Source of the DNA: Octopus sinensis
Taxonomy: Eukaryota
NCBI RefSeq assembly: GCF_006345805.1
Contig: NC_043000.1
Location: 69,254,001-69,318,000, forward strand
Direction of reading: 5' to 3'
Length of the DNA: 64,000 bases
The stretch's first letter is position 1. The number at the start of each line of letters is the position of its first letter. A program made the translations under genes and the position numbers. The notes beneath the pieces were generated by a model. The model was not told where the DNA came from and made no database searches. It saw only the letters and a program-made list of their open reading frames with translations. Positions 41,601 to 52,249 of the stretch are shown in pieces.

Positions 41601-41692
41601 GAAGCAACAAAGTGACTCAAAGGCCGAGAGTTTTGTACGTTGGCACTTATCAACGCACGAAACTTTCGGCCCTTGAGTCACGCAGTTGATTC
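41601..41692. other. Long intronic hairpin (31-bp core stem, 8-nt loop, basal extension)
   Basis: GTGACTCAAAGGCCGAGAGTTTTGTACGTTG-gcacttat-CAACGCACGAAACTTTCGGCCCTTGAGTCAC; 2 G.U and 2 A.C pairs on the + strand. Confidence 0.8.
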
Positions 41693-42943
41693 TCCTAAAT
41701 ATTCATAAAAGTATACATAAACTCATATTTTGAGTTCTATTTTTCCAATTTTTTCATATACCTTATCAATCTGGTTTTCATAATAAAATCCGCTCTCAGG
41801 CGTACTGAATACATCTATACCAGTCTTCTGGAGTTCGCTATGTGTTTTACTAGCTTTGTAATATTTGCTACATTCGCAGATTCTTTACACTCAGCCAACT
41901 GAGTATCTCTACGCGGTTAAAGTACCAGATAGGAATAATGCCCAAATTTTATAAAAAGAAAAAGCGACGGAGACTTTGGTTAAAGTGGTCCTAGATCAAA
42001 TGGTTGCTACCGAGACATTTCTGATAATTAGTTTGTTCTATCAGGACCGAGTTAGGGACCAAACAACAACCTTATTTTCCCGACTTGTTTGATTAAGAAG
42101 CGAACGTCTTCTATCACTGCAGCAGTAACACCTCGTAACTTCTAAGTTCCTCTGGTTGGGGAATTCTAACTTTCAGTAGTTACTTCCTCCGGTTACAAAT
42201 TATCGCTATATTTTCTTTTCATTAAAATCCAAGGAACAAGTTGACACTTCGAAATTTGTTTACAGAACAGCTTAGAATATCCACGTATATATGGTGCGAG
42301 CGTTAGCTTATCATACGCTATGTTTCTAAGCGGCAGTTCATTTTACATGCAGTACATTACACATTATGCCCAACGTAGATGAAAGCACATACACCTGAAA
42401 AGCTCATTCTCTCAATAAATTCACATATCAGAGATCTATTCTTTCGAGGTGAGATCAAAACTGCTTGTTGGGTGCCAAAATAAACTGTCATTGTGCCATT
42501 ATATAAAACATGCAATATTGTCGAATTATGGTAAAAAACTCGAATATTTAACATACTTCAATAGTTTACAGTTACATAAATATTGAAATATAGAAGGATT
42601 TTTCTTTTAAGAACCCTAAGAAACTTACCCATGGTCCCTTTATTAAGCATTTAGTCAATATTAGAAAGAAGGCAATGCAGACGGTTGAATAATATTTAGC
42701 ATCTTACAGTTACTTGCCGATTATTAAAACTTGGAGAATTGAAACTTTACAATTATTTTCTATTGCTCTACTATTACTCGCTTCAATATTTACTGTAACT
42801 TAAGGTCTTGTGCCTTCAGTAGAAAGGAATATTTAATATAACTTAACGTAGTATATTATTTTATTATAATCGAATTGATTAGAATCAGTAAAAGAATAAT
42901 TGTTATATTCATAAATTCTTTATTTATTCACTTTTCAAAATAG

Positions 42944-43507
42944 GTTGCAAAGGAAAAGCAGTAAATATTATGCTTGTAATGGATTCTTCCAGTAGTATTT
43001 GGATAGAAGATTATAAAAAACAGCTACAATTTGCCCGTGATTTGGTCGACAATTTCGATATCGGTCAAACCAACTCTCATGTACGTGTTGGTGCTATAAC
43101 CTTTAGTCGTACGGCTCATTTAGATATACCTTTGGGAAGATATGCGAGCAAAAAGAAATTACAGAATGCTATTCTAAAAATCCCTTATAGAACCGGAGAA
43201 ACTAACACGGCAGATGCTCTGCATCTCCTAAGAACGGAAATTGAACCAAAGATGAAAGTCTTCACAGCTCCATTTATGGTAATAGTCATCACAGATGGGA
43301 AATCACGTGATAGCTGGTCTACTCGATACGAAGCCAGTTTGCTTCATAAACTCGGTGTACATATTTATGCTATTGGTGTCGGTTACTATTATGACTTAAA
43401 GGAGCTGAAGTCCATCGCCAGTGATCCTGTCAGAAATATCCAGTTAGTGTCAAGTTACTCAGCATTGGAGAATATTGCAAAACATTTTGGTGTAAAAACA
43501 TGTGAAG
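42944..43507 (+). CDS. VWA/mucin gene exon 3: von Willebrand factor A domain 1
   Basis: TAG|GT TGC acceptor, GAA G|GTGAGT donor. MLVMDSSSSI (DxSxS), GETNTADAL and VIVITDG form a complete MIDAS; flanking Cys pair. Confidence 0.95.
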
Positions 43508-43986
43508 GTGAGTTACACAAACATAATTCTTGAAACTTCAAACTACTCTGCCTATATCCCTGCTTATCATTGTCTCTTTCCCCCATCCCCGATTCTTCTT
43601 TTCTTCTCTCTCCTGTTACTAACATTCTTTCTCGCTAACTTCCAATTTGTTTCTCTATTTCCCTTTTTTGCATTTGTTCTCGTCTTTTCTCTCTCAATTC
43701 AAATATATTTATGCTAAAGTAAGTTTAGAAATCACAAACAACATACCTGAAAGCATTGTAGCAGCATAACTCTGAGGCTAAAGCATTTGCCACTTTACCT
43801 AGTAATAAAGGGCTGTTGGGTCCCACATGCAGTACCGTTCATAAGTGTCGTTTACTGTAAACTTGGAACAGTCGACCAAAATCAGTTAGTAGGATTTTAT
43901 AGATAGAAACTGTACGGAAGACTGTCTTAACATCTGATGAGATGGATGTGTCCTACGCACCCACGAAACTTATTAAATATATGCTA

Positions 43987-44144
43987 GGCACGGCTGTGTA
44001 GTTATGAAGCTCACTTTGCAACCACATGCTTTCGAGTTCAGTCTCAGTACCGGATCCCTTGGGTAAGTATCTTCAACTATAGTCCCTGGTCGACCAATGG
44101 CTTGTGAGTGAATTTGAGAGACGGAAACCCGCCGTACACACACA

Positions 44145-44207
<63 letters not shown>

Positions 44208-44459
44208 GCGCACACACACACACATTTATATGTATGATGTACGTATGTATATATGCATGAATGTGTGTCTTTGTTGGCTTGTTTACCTCCTTATAATTTA
44301 GAGTTTCGGCAAAATAGACCGATAGAATCACTACTACCAGATTTAAAAAGTAAGTCCTGGGGTTGATACGACCGACTAAAATATATTTGAAGAGGGTGTT
44401 TCAACATGGCCGCAGTTCAAAGACTGAAACAAATGAAAAACGAAAAGGAATAAAAGAAT
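43987..44459 (+). mobile_element. tRNA-derived SINE (major family) with internal CA tract
   Basis: GGCACGGCTGTGTAGTT head ... GACTGAAACAAAT..AAAGGAATAAAAGAAT tail. Confidence 0.75.
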
Positions 44460-44865
44460 GAATAATATCCAGACATTGACTTTCAGTAATACATATCTAA
44501 ATATTCTCTAATCAAAACATTTTATTGCTGAAATGAAATGTTTTCGTGAGAAAAAATAAATAAGAGTAATACAGTTCTCAATACTCTGTTATTCACCAAG
44601 TTGTTTTTTCTTGATTTTTCATTGTATCAAATTTACATAATTTACGTCAATAATGCTGCTGAGAAAACTGTCACTCATTCTCATTTTCACTTTCCTCTTA
44701 ATCCGATGTCTTGGTGCTTGTATCACTTTTCATTGTCAATGAAAATGTTTAATTTTTAATAGGTTAAGTGTTATTAATTTTTAAAATAAAATATAACCGT
44801 CAACGCTCTTTTATGTTTCTTTGGCTTACAAACTATATTTTTTATCGTTTACCTATTGTTTACAG

Positions 44866-45105
44866 ATATTACAACTCCGCCACCAACTACAACAACTACG
44901 ACTCCGAAACCGACAACAACGCCTACGACTCCGAAACCGACAACAACTACGACTCCAAAACCAACAACGACTACTACTACTCCAAAACCAACAACGACTA
45001 CTACTACTCCAAAACCAACAACGACTACTACTACTCCGAAACCAACGACTACTACACCAAAACCAACGACAACAAAAATTCCACGTCTGCAAAGAGACGA
45101 CCAGA
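44866..45105 (+). CDS. VWA/mucin gene exon 4: Thr/Pro/Lys-rich mucin-like linker
   Basis: TTTACAG| acceptor, CAG A|GTAAGT donor, 240 bp, phase 1-1; repeats of TTTTTPKP. Confidence 0.92.
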
Positions 45106-45194
45106 GTAAGTAGCTCACTTTAAAGCACTACCTCCATAAAGAACTACAGAGCTTTCCAGACATTCTACATTAGCTCAACTTTTTAAAGTAAGGC

Positions 45195-45412
45195 AGGGAG
45201 GGGGTAGAAGCATTACTGCTCCCGACAAAATGCTTAGTGGTGTTTCGTCCGTCTTTACGTTCTGAGTTCAAATGCCGCTTGGGTCGACTTTGCCTTTCAT
45301 CCTTTCTATGTCGATAAAATAAGTAACAGTTGGGTACTTGGGTCGATGTAATCGACTTATTTCCTAGCCCAAAATTACTTGCCTTAAGGCCAACATTTGA
45401 AACCAATATACT
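45195..45412 (+). mobile_element. SINE (second family)
   Basis: TTTACGTTCTGAGTTCAAATGCCGC..GGGTCGACTTTGCCTTTCATCC. Confidence 0.8.
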
Positions 45413-45577
45413 TTTTTAAAATATAGCTTTTTACGTCGCCTCTCACAAGTCACGTGTCTCAAAATATTCACAGAGTCGTCTGCTATGAAAATATACTTCA
45501 CAGTCCTATATTCATGAAATTCGGACAGATTTGACTTAGTTTTGCAACACACATAGAGACAATCTGTAACACATTAA

Positions 45578-46604
45578 GGATCTTTGCCTTTTGATCGGCA
45601 GGTCGATAAATTAATGTTTTTAAACTAAGCACCTTCAAACTTCGGATACTGGTAGAATGTGTTAAATAGAACATCTTTTACTCTTAGCGTTGTTGAGAAA
45701 AGTTTGTATTTTCGAAGTTATTTCGTGTTAAAGTTGTCGTATTTCGGTAATTTCAACCAATCAATGATGTGTATTCAGCTGAATAAAATTATTACTCTTG
45801 TTTGTCAACAATAACTATCGGCGCTGTATATTTCGTTTGTCACTGTTATGATATCGTTCGTGTGTTTGTACTGGTTTTAGCTTTAGGGTTTTAGAGTTAG
45901 TGTTTTAGGGTTAGGGTTTTAGGGTTAAGGTTAGGGTTTTAGGGTTAGGGTTAAGCTTTTAGGGTTAGGGCTAGGGTTAGGGTTTTAGGGTTAGGGTTAG
46001 GGTTTTCGGGTTAGGGTTAGGGTTAGGGTTACGGAAAAAAGTGAAAAATGGAGAAATTGGGAGGGGTAAAGGGGTGGGCAAAAAATTTCAAAATTCCGAT
46101 TTTTGGCAATTTTCCGGAATCTCCGTATCCGAAAAGCTGGGTTTTTGGCAAAAAAAAAAAAAAAAAATTTAAGAAAACAATAATTTGCGAGAAAATGGTG
46201 GTTGTGGTGGTGCGGGCGGACGGGAGGAGGTCTTTCCGAAAATAGTAGCTGAAAAACAGGAAAGAAGAGCTAAAAGCAGTAGAAATGTACGAACGATTGT
46301 GGTGGTGCCATGAACTAAACGTGTTTCAGATACACTCGTTTAATCATACGAACGTAACTGAGATGAAATGTGTCATGAATAACAGTGACAAACGAAATAT
46401 ACACCGCCGGAAGTTGTTGTTGACAAACAACAGCAGTAACTTTATTCAGCTCAATAGACGTCATTGATTGGTTGAAATTACCGAAATACAACGCTAAGAG
46501 TAAAAGATGTTCTATATGACACATTCTACCAATATCCGAAGTTTGAAAGTTTTTAGCTAAAAAAAAAAAAAATTATTGACCTGCCAATCAAAAGGAAAAG
46601 ATCC
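45578..46604. mobile_element. Non-autonomous DNA transposon with ~260-280-bp TIRs, 8-bp TSD and internal telomere-like repeats
   Basis: CACATTAA|GGATCTTTGCC...GGAAAAGATCC|CACATTAA. Arms are reverse complements (e.g. GAACATCTTTTACTCTTAGCGTTG / CAACGCTAAGAGTAAAAGATGTTC). Confidence 0.9.
45883..46031 (+). repeat. Interstitial telomere-like tract (TTAGGG / TTTTAGGG mix)
   Basis: About 20 TTAGGG-type units interspersed with TTTTAGGG variants. Confidence 0.95.
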
Positions 46605-46719
46605 CACATTAAAAGCACACAACACACAGTTTGAAAACCTCTTCACAAAGAAAACATAAACTGAAGTTATGAATTTATGTTGCTTTTTCTCTCTAGTGAT
46701 ATTCCTTCTAGAAAGAACA

Positions 46720-47070
46720 CCATCTTTTATCTTTTGAATTTTACTTGTTCCAGGGTTTAGTCGAATAAATTGACTCTAGTATTTATTTTTAATTCTGGTA
46801 CTTATTCTGTCAGTTCTGTTTTGCCGAAGCGCTAAGTAACGGGGACGTAAACAAACCAACACCGGTTGTAAATCAGTGGTGGAAATCAAACACAAGCACA
46901 TAAGCGCACTCAACACACATTCTTATACGTGTATATGTATGTTCGTTTTCCACGCTGTTTCCATCTACCAAATTCATTTACAAGGCTGTTGTAGAGCACA
47001 CTCGTTCAAGGTGCCGTATTGTGAGATTGAACCCGAAACTATGTGTTTGCAAAGGGAGCTCCTTAACCAT
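46720..47070 (-). mobile_element. tRNA-derived SINE
   Basis: TTTTGCCGAAGCGCTAAGTAACGGGGACGTAAAC ... GAGATTGAACCCGAAAC. Confidence 0.75.
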
Positions 47071-47509
47071 ACAACATGCTTAATATTGAAGAATCTATCA
47101 CTGTTATTATCTCAGTGGAGTGAGATGGAGTGACATACATTAAGACACTGGATTAAATTTCCTGTAGAATTTAGTTTCTCTCCCTTCTGTCACTTCTAAG
47201 TTTAATGAATTAGTAATCGTATACTGAGTACCTTTCACCTTTCCTTTGTGGCAATGTAGAAGGCCTTTAATTAGAAACCATGTAATTTATGCATGGGTGG
47301 ACAATGAACATGCATTGCAATAGCAAAATTAGAATTAAGGAATATACATACATATACATGGTAGAAAAAAATTTTGGAGGGAAATACGAATTCACTTGTC
47401 TATATAAATGTGGATATGCTGATTAGCTTTTATATATTCCGATGACGCTTGGTCGGAAATATAAGGGGTAAGTTTACCTAGCATATCTAGATTTATTTAT
47501 CTGAATATT

Positions 47510-47558
47510 ATGTCGATGAAGGAAATGAATCTTATGATTCTAATCCAGAAACGTACGT
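47510..47558 (+). ncRNA. Hammerhead relic, core UCGAUGA
   Basis: ATG-TCGATGA-A-GGA aat GAATC ttat GATTC taa TCC-A-GAAA-CGT-A-CGT; same A.A stem II base as 33294; palindrome ACGT. Confidence 0.5.
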
Positions 47559-47751
47559 CTATAATTAACCGAAGACTGATTTCATTATTTTTCTTCTTTC
47601 TTTTTGCCATATGTGATTTGCAAATATTGTTGTCTGTGGAGACATATTTTTGTAGAAAAAGGAAATAGTAGTCCTTTGGCTGCTATTTCTAAAATTTTCG
47701 GTATGTGGTTAAGCAACTTGTTCCAAAACTCTTATTGTTATAATTATATAC

Positions 47752-48282
47752 TCTTTTACTCTTTTACTTGTTTCAGTCATTTGACTGCGGCCATGCTGGA
47801 GCACCGCCTTTAGTCGAGCAAATCGACCCCGGGACTTATTCTTTGTAAGCCCAGTACTTATTCTATCGGTCTCTTTTTGCCGAACCGCTAAGTGACGGGG
47901 ACGTAAACACACCAGCATAATAAATATAGAATTTATTTCAATATATATATAATAATTTCTAACATAGATATAAGTACAGATATTTATAATGGATGACAAA
48001 TGAGATTATGCGTTGTTTGTATCAAAATCGACGTTTATACATGTTGCGAACTCAGATTGCAATGCTAGGGGGACAAACACAGACACACAAACACATACAC
48101 ACACACACATATACATATATACAACAGGCTTCTTTCAGTTTCCGTCTACCAAATCCACTCACAAGGCATTGGTCGACCCGGGGCTATAGCAGAAGACACT
48201 TGCTCAAGATGCCACGCAGTGGAACTGAACCTGGAACCATGTGGTTGGTAGACAAGCTACTTACCACACAGCCACTCCTGCG

Positions 48283-48284
<2 letters not shown>
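47752..48284 (-). mobile_element. Full-length major-family SINE interrupted by a 142-bp insertion
   Basis: Head GCGCAGGAGTGGCTGTGTGGTAAGTAGC (reverse complement at the right end) and complete tail; interrupted at 47917-48058. Confidence 0.9.
47917..48058. repeat. Inverted duplicate of 52061-52200
   Basis: Reverse complement identical except one substitution and one TA indel. Confidence 0.97.
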
Positions 48285-48335
<51 letters not shown>

Positions 48336-48372
48336 TATATATTTTGAAAATGCAATTTTAAAATATGTTTAT

Positions 48373-48418
48373 TTACTTTACCGGTTTCACTTTTTTAGAA
48401 AAAGATTGTCAAAAATAA
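48373..48418 (-). ncRNA. Minimal type-I hammerhead motif, variant core UUGACAA (U3-A8)
   Basis: TTATTT-TTGACAA-T CTTTTT cta AAAAAG T-GAAA-C CG G T-A-AAGTAA; tail ends in (TA)n at ~48341. Confidence 0.7.
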
Positions 48419-49044
48419 CATGTTGGAGTCAGTGTCAGTTACGTGATATATACGAGTTCGAGTTACCGGTAAGGATAGACGTTTCAAAGTCATTGTCATG
48501 CGGAGCTATCAGCGATAGAACGATAGACGAGTCAAGGATGATACGACGCGGAATACTGCCACAGCATAATAATGGCGACAAGAATATTACAGTGCCGACA
48601 ATAACATACAAGTGAACGAGGATCTCACATCATAACAATACACTGCACACACACAATTTAAATACACATACACACACACAATTTAAATACACATACACAC
48701 ACACAATTTAAATAACGGGATCTTTCTGTTTAAGGAAAGGCATCATATATTTTTGTAGTTGAAGATTACAACTTGCAACACTGTTTCGAATCTCGGAAGA
48801 AGCTCATTAGAAGCCATGTTAAGAAGTGAATAAGATAGTAAGAAAGATGGTAGAACAAATAAAAATAGCAAAAACCCAGCAAAAAAAATTGAAGAAAATA
48901 TATTAAAAATAAAGGTAGCAACACAGGAATGTAACGAAAGTTTTAAAGTAGTTCGGGTTAGAATTCGAATTAGAAATGAAGCCGCTAACCAATACAGAGT
49001 CTAAAAACAGAGTAGATGAAGTTAAATTTTAAATTTTTAGACTT

Positions 49045-49346
49045 GGGTGTGTGGTAAGAAGTTTACTTGGCTGTGTGGTAAGAAGAAAAGCAGAGGGTCG
49101 GCGGGCGCCTTCTGTCTTCTCCCATCTTTATCATTTTTGGATCATAATCATTCGCCTCATCAATGTCTATGTCCAGCCCGCAAGGCTACCTTATCTATGT
49201 GCTACCTACATGGCAAATTTAATGAATAAAAGAAGTTTACTTCCCATCTACATGGTTTCGTGCTTCAGAACCACTATGTAACATCTTGGGCAACCCGAAA
49301 AAAGCCCGTCGTAAATATCTGTATGTATGTATGTATGTATGTATGT

Positions 49347-49398
<52 letters not shown>

Positions 49399-49590
49399 CT
49401 TTGTGTCTGTGTTTGTCTCCCACCAGCGCATGACAACCAGTGTGTGTATATGTCCCCGTAACTTAGCGGTTCGGCCTAAGTTTTTGGTAGAATAAGTACC
49501 AAGCTTTAAAAATCAATTAAGAACCGATGTAGTTTCGACTAAAATTCTTCGATGCGGTGCCCTAGCATGGCCACAGTCTGAAACACGTAA
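49045..49590 (+). mobile_element. SINE (major family) with duplicated head and a 144-bp insertion
   Basis: GGCTGTGTGGTAAGAAG head resumes as AAGAAGTTTACTTCC at 49230; tail to ~49590. Confidence 0.7.
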
Positions 49591-51120
49591 AAATAAAAAA
49601 AAGATTAAAAGTGAAAGTATGCTTTACATAACGAATAGTTACTAAACATACAAGGGGACGCAACTTAAACTGCAAATATTCCATAATAAATGAAAAAAAC
49701 GTTGCGAAGCTATCCAGATGGTATGTAAAATGTTGGCATAATGCATAATTGACAATGCTTGAAAATTGATTTTCAACATGTTATAAGAGAAAAATCTAAA
49801 AATATACAATTAGTAAATAATTTGTACTTGAGAGGGCACATTATTAATATATAGGTGTATTTACTATCTAGGAATTAGAAAATAGTTAGGCATTTGATTT
49901 AGGGATGAAATAATGCAGTGTGAAGGATTAAAGCAATAGACATTTATTGATGTGATTTTGGGGCAATGGGAATGAGTTCAGTATGAGGATGTCAAGGGAT
50001 GCAGGTAAAATTTAAGGCAAAATATTATACAGAAAATACAATAGCAATGTGTGTGTGTGTGTGTGTAGGCACTTTATTTATTGGTTAGGGTGTTGTCCTC
50101 TTGCTCGTAGGATTATGGTTCCGATTGCAGGAGAAAGGGATGCATTGTGTTTTTGAGCACTTTATTGTACCTTTTACTACTCGTTACTCTCGAACACTTT
50201 AAACTTAGCTGGTAAAAATGAACAATCTTGCGACAGACGACGGATAACGTCCCGTCCAGTGGGGAAATATATACGCACACGAATCCAGGAAAGCGGTCTT
50301 ATGAGCCCATGGGGAGGAATTATGATCCCTTTTCACACACATACACACACACACACTATACCCGACATTCCCCATACCCCACACTTTACATCCCACATAC
50401 ATTCACATATATACGACAGGTTTCTTTCAGTTTCCATTTAGCAAAGCTTTGGTGGTCCGCCCAGGTTTCATAGAATACCTTTGCCCAGTGTTCCACATGC
50501 AATGGGACTAAACTCGAAACCATGTGATTGGGGAGCAACATTTCTATACACACGCGCGCGCGCATAAGACCTAATGCTTATATTGATCAGAACCTTTGAT
50601 AATTTTCTTGTAATTACGAAGAGAGATTCCTATAGTTACAACATTGTTAAAAAGCGCGTCATAAAAATGCATGTGGTTGAAAGATAAAGGGAGATAATTC
50701 AGTAACACTATAAAGAAAAATATAAATATTTTTTTTATCAAATGAAATATTTCTTTTATTTTTAGAATGTTATTTTATGTGTAAAAGCATTGATAAAATA
50801 GATAGATATTCTGTGAGCTAAATATTTACATTTCATTAGATTTTAAATTACTGATTTTAATTTGGAATATTTTACTCATTCAAGTAAAATTCCAAAAATT
50901 AATATGAAGAATGTAGGAAAAAATATTATTACAGAATGTAAGCGATTTACTAACCTCTGAGTTTTAGCACAAAATCAACTTTCTTCCTCCATATTTTATT
51001 GAAAAAAAAATACTGTTTTAAGTATGTGTTTTGTTTAGTTGAATTAAATACGAAGAAGACGCTAAACTAATCATGCTCTGTATCTTAATTTCCTAAAATT
51101 ATTTTTAAAATTTATTTCAG

Positions 51121-51671
51121 GCGCTATATCTTTTGGATATGATCTTTTATCAATGGGAGCCTATCGAGCCAATATGGTCACGAGGTTCATCAATACCCTT
51201 CTTCCGCACACTGGTTATGGCAACTTTGCAGTTGTTACCTATGCCCATTGTCCTACAAGCTTCAATGTTCCTATCACATCATTGTTAAATAAATCGGACG
51301 CAGATATAGGCCATAGTATCAAATTAAATGTTCCTGGATTGGCAGATGTTGTGCACCAGATTGGAAACGAACTATACAAAGAAAGTAATATCAACAAAAC
51401 TAAAACTGCTGTTTTATTTATTGATCCAATGGTATCAGTTATAACACCTGGTGTAGTGAGTGAAACTGAAAAACTTAAACAGAAAGGGGCAAAAGTATTT
51501 CTAATAAGCGTCGGACGTAAAGAATGGCAAAACAAACTACTTGTGCGCTCTTTGAGCAGTCAACCGTATCATAGGTATACTTACAGTGCACCAAATTACA
51601 ACCGATTAGTACAGAGAGCTGAATATCGACCTTTCCAATACAGAAAAATGTGTAAAGGCTATAGGTTATAG
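51121..51671 (+). CDS. VWA/mucin gene exon 5: degenerate VWA domain 2, terminal coding exon
   Basis: TTTATTTCAG| acceptor in the required phase; FAVVTY, AVLFIDP, KGAKVFLISVG, LSSQP VWA-like strands; stop TAG 51669-51671; AATAAA at 51923. Confidence 0.88.
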
Positions 51672-52060
51672 TCTTGTTTCGTAACGACTGCAGGATCAGT
51701 CAAGAGAACTTCTTCCATTTACATTATTTTAGTAAATTATTGCTTATGTAAATATACAATTTATATTTAAAACATGATTTCTTCATCGGCACCTGCATCT
51801 ACATCTTCATATACATTTTTGTCATCATTCATTCTTCTTATATTCCTTTTTATGACATTGTCTGACGAGTATTGCAGAGAAACTAACTTCTTTCAGGAAA
51901 TGTATTAATTCTAATTAACTGAAATAAATAATTTTAGGTTGTTCTTTACGAAGACACCTAATCTGTTGCTGGCAGCAGTTCTTTTCCAAGTCTTTTCGAG
52001 CCATAATGTAAAAATGTATACGAATTTTGCTTCATTATGAAAGATAGGTAAGTTATCTGA

Positions 52061-52200
52061 AATCTGAGTTCGCAACATGTATAAACGTCGATTTTGATAC
52101 AAACAACGCATAATCTCATTTGTCATCCATTATAAATATCTGTACTTATATCTATGTAAGAAATTATTATATATATTGAAATAAATTCTATATTTATTAT
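52061..52200. repeat. Probable source copy of the inverted duplicate at 47917
   Basis: Lies in unique-looking sequence 13 nt after AG|GTAAGT (52048). Confidence 0.95.
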
Positions 52201-52249
52201 TACATAATACAGTTTTGTCTCAAAGTTTATTATTAATCTTCCTTCTTTT

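Noticed and set aside
44768-45123. Alternative frames of exon 4 giving Tyr/Asn/Asp-rich (YYYSKTNND) or Gln/Leu-rich repeats
   Set aside because: ACT-type repeats are stop-free in all three forward frames; splice phases of the flanking exons select the TTPKP frame.
47439-47465. CCGATGA-CG cttggt CG-GAAA-TATA as an additional hammerhead
   Set aside because: Stem I is essentially absent and the segment folds equally well as a simple hairpin; not counted.
51858-51890. CTGACGA...GAAAC in the VWA 3' UTR as a hammerhead
   Set aside because: No stem I, stem II or stem III pairing.
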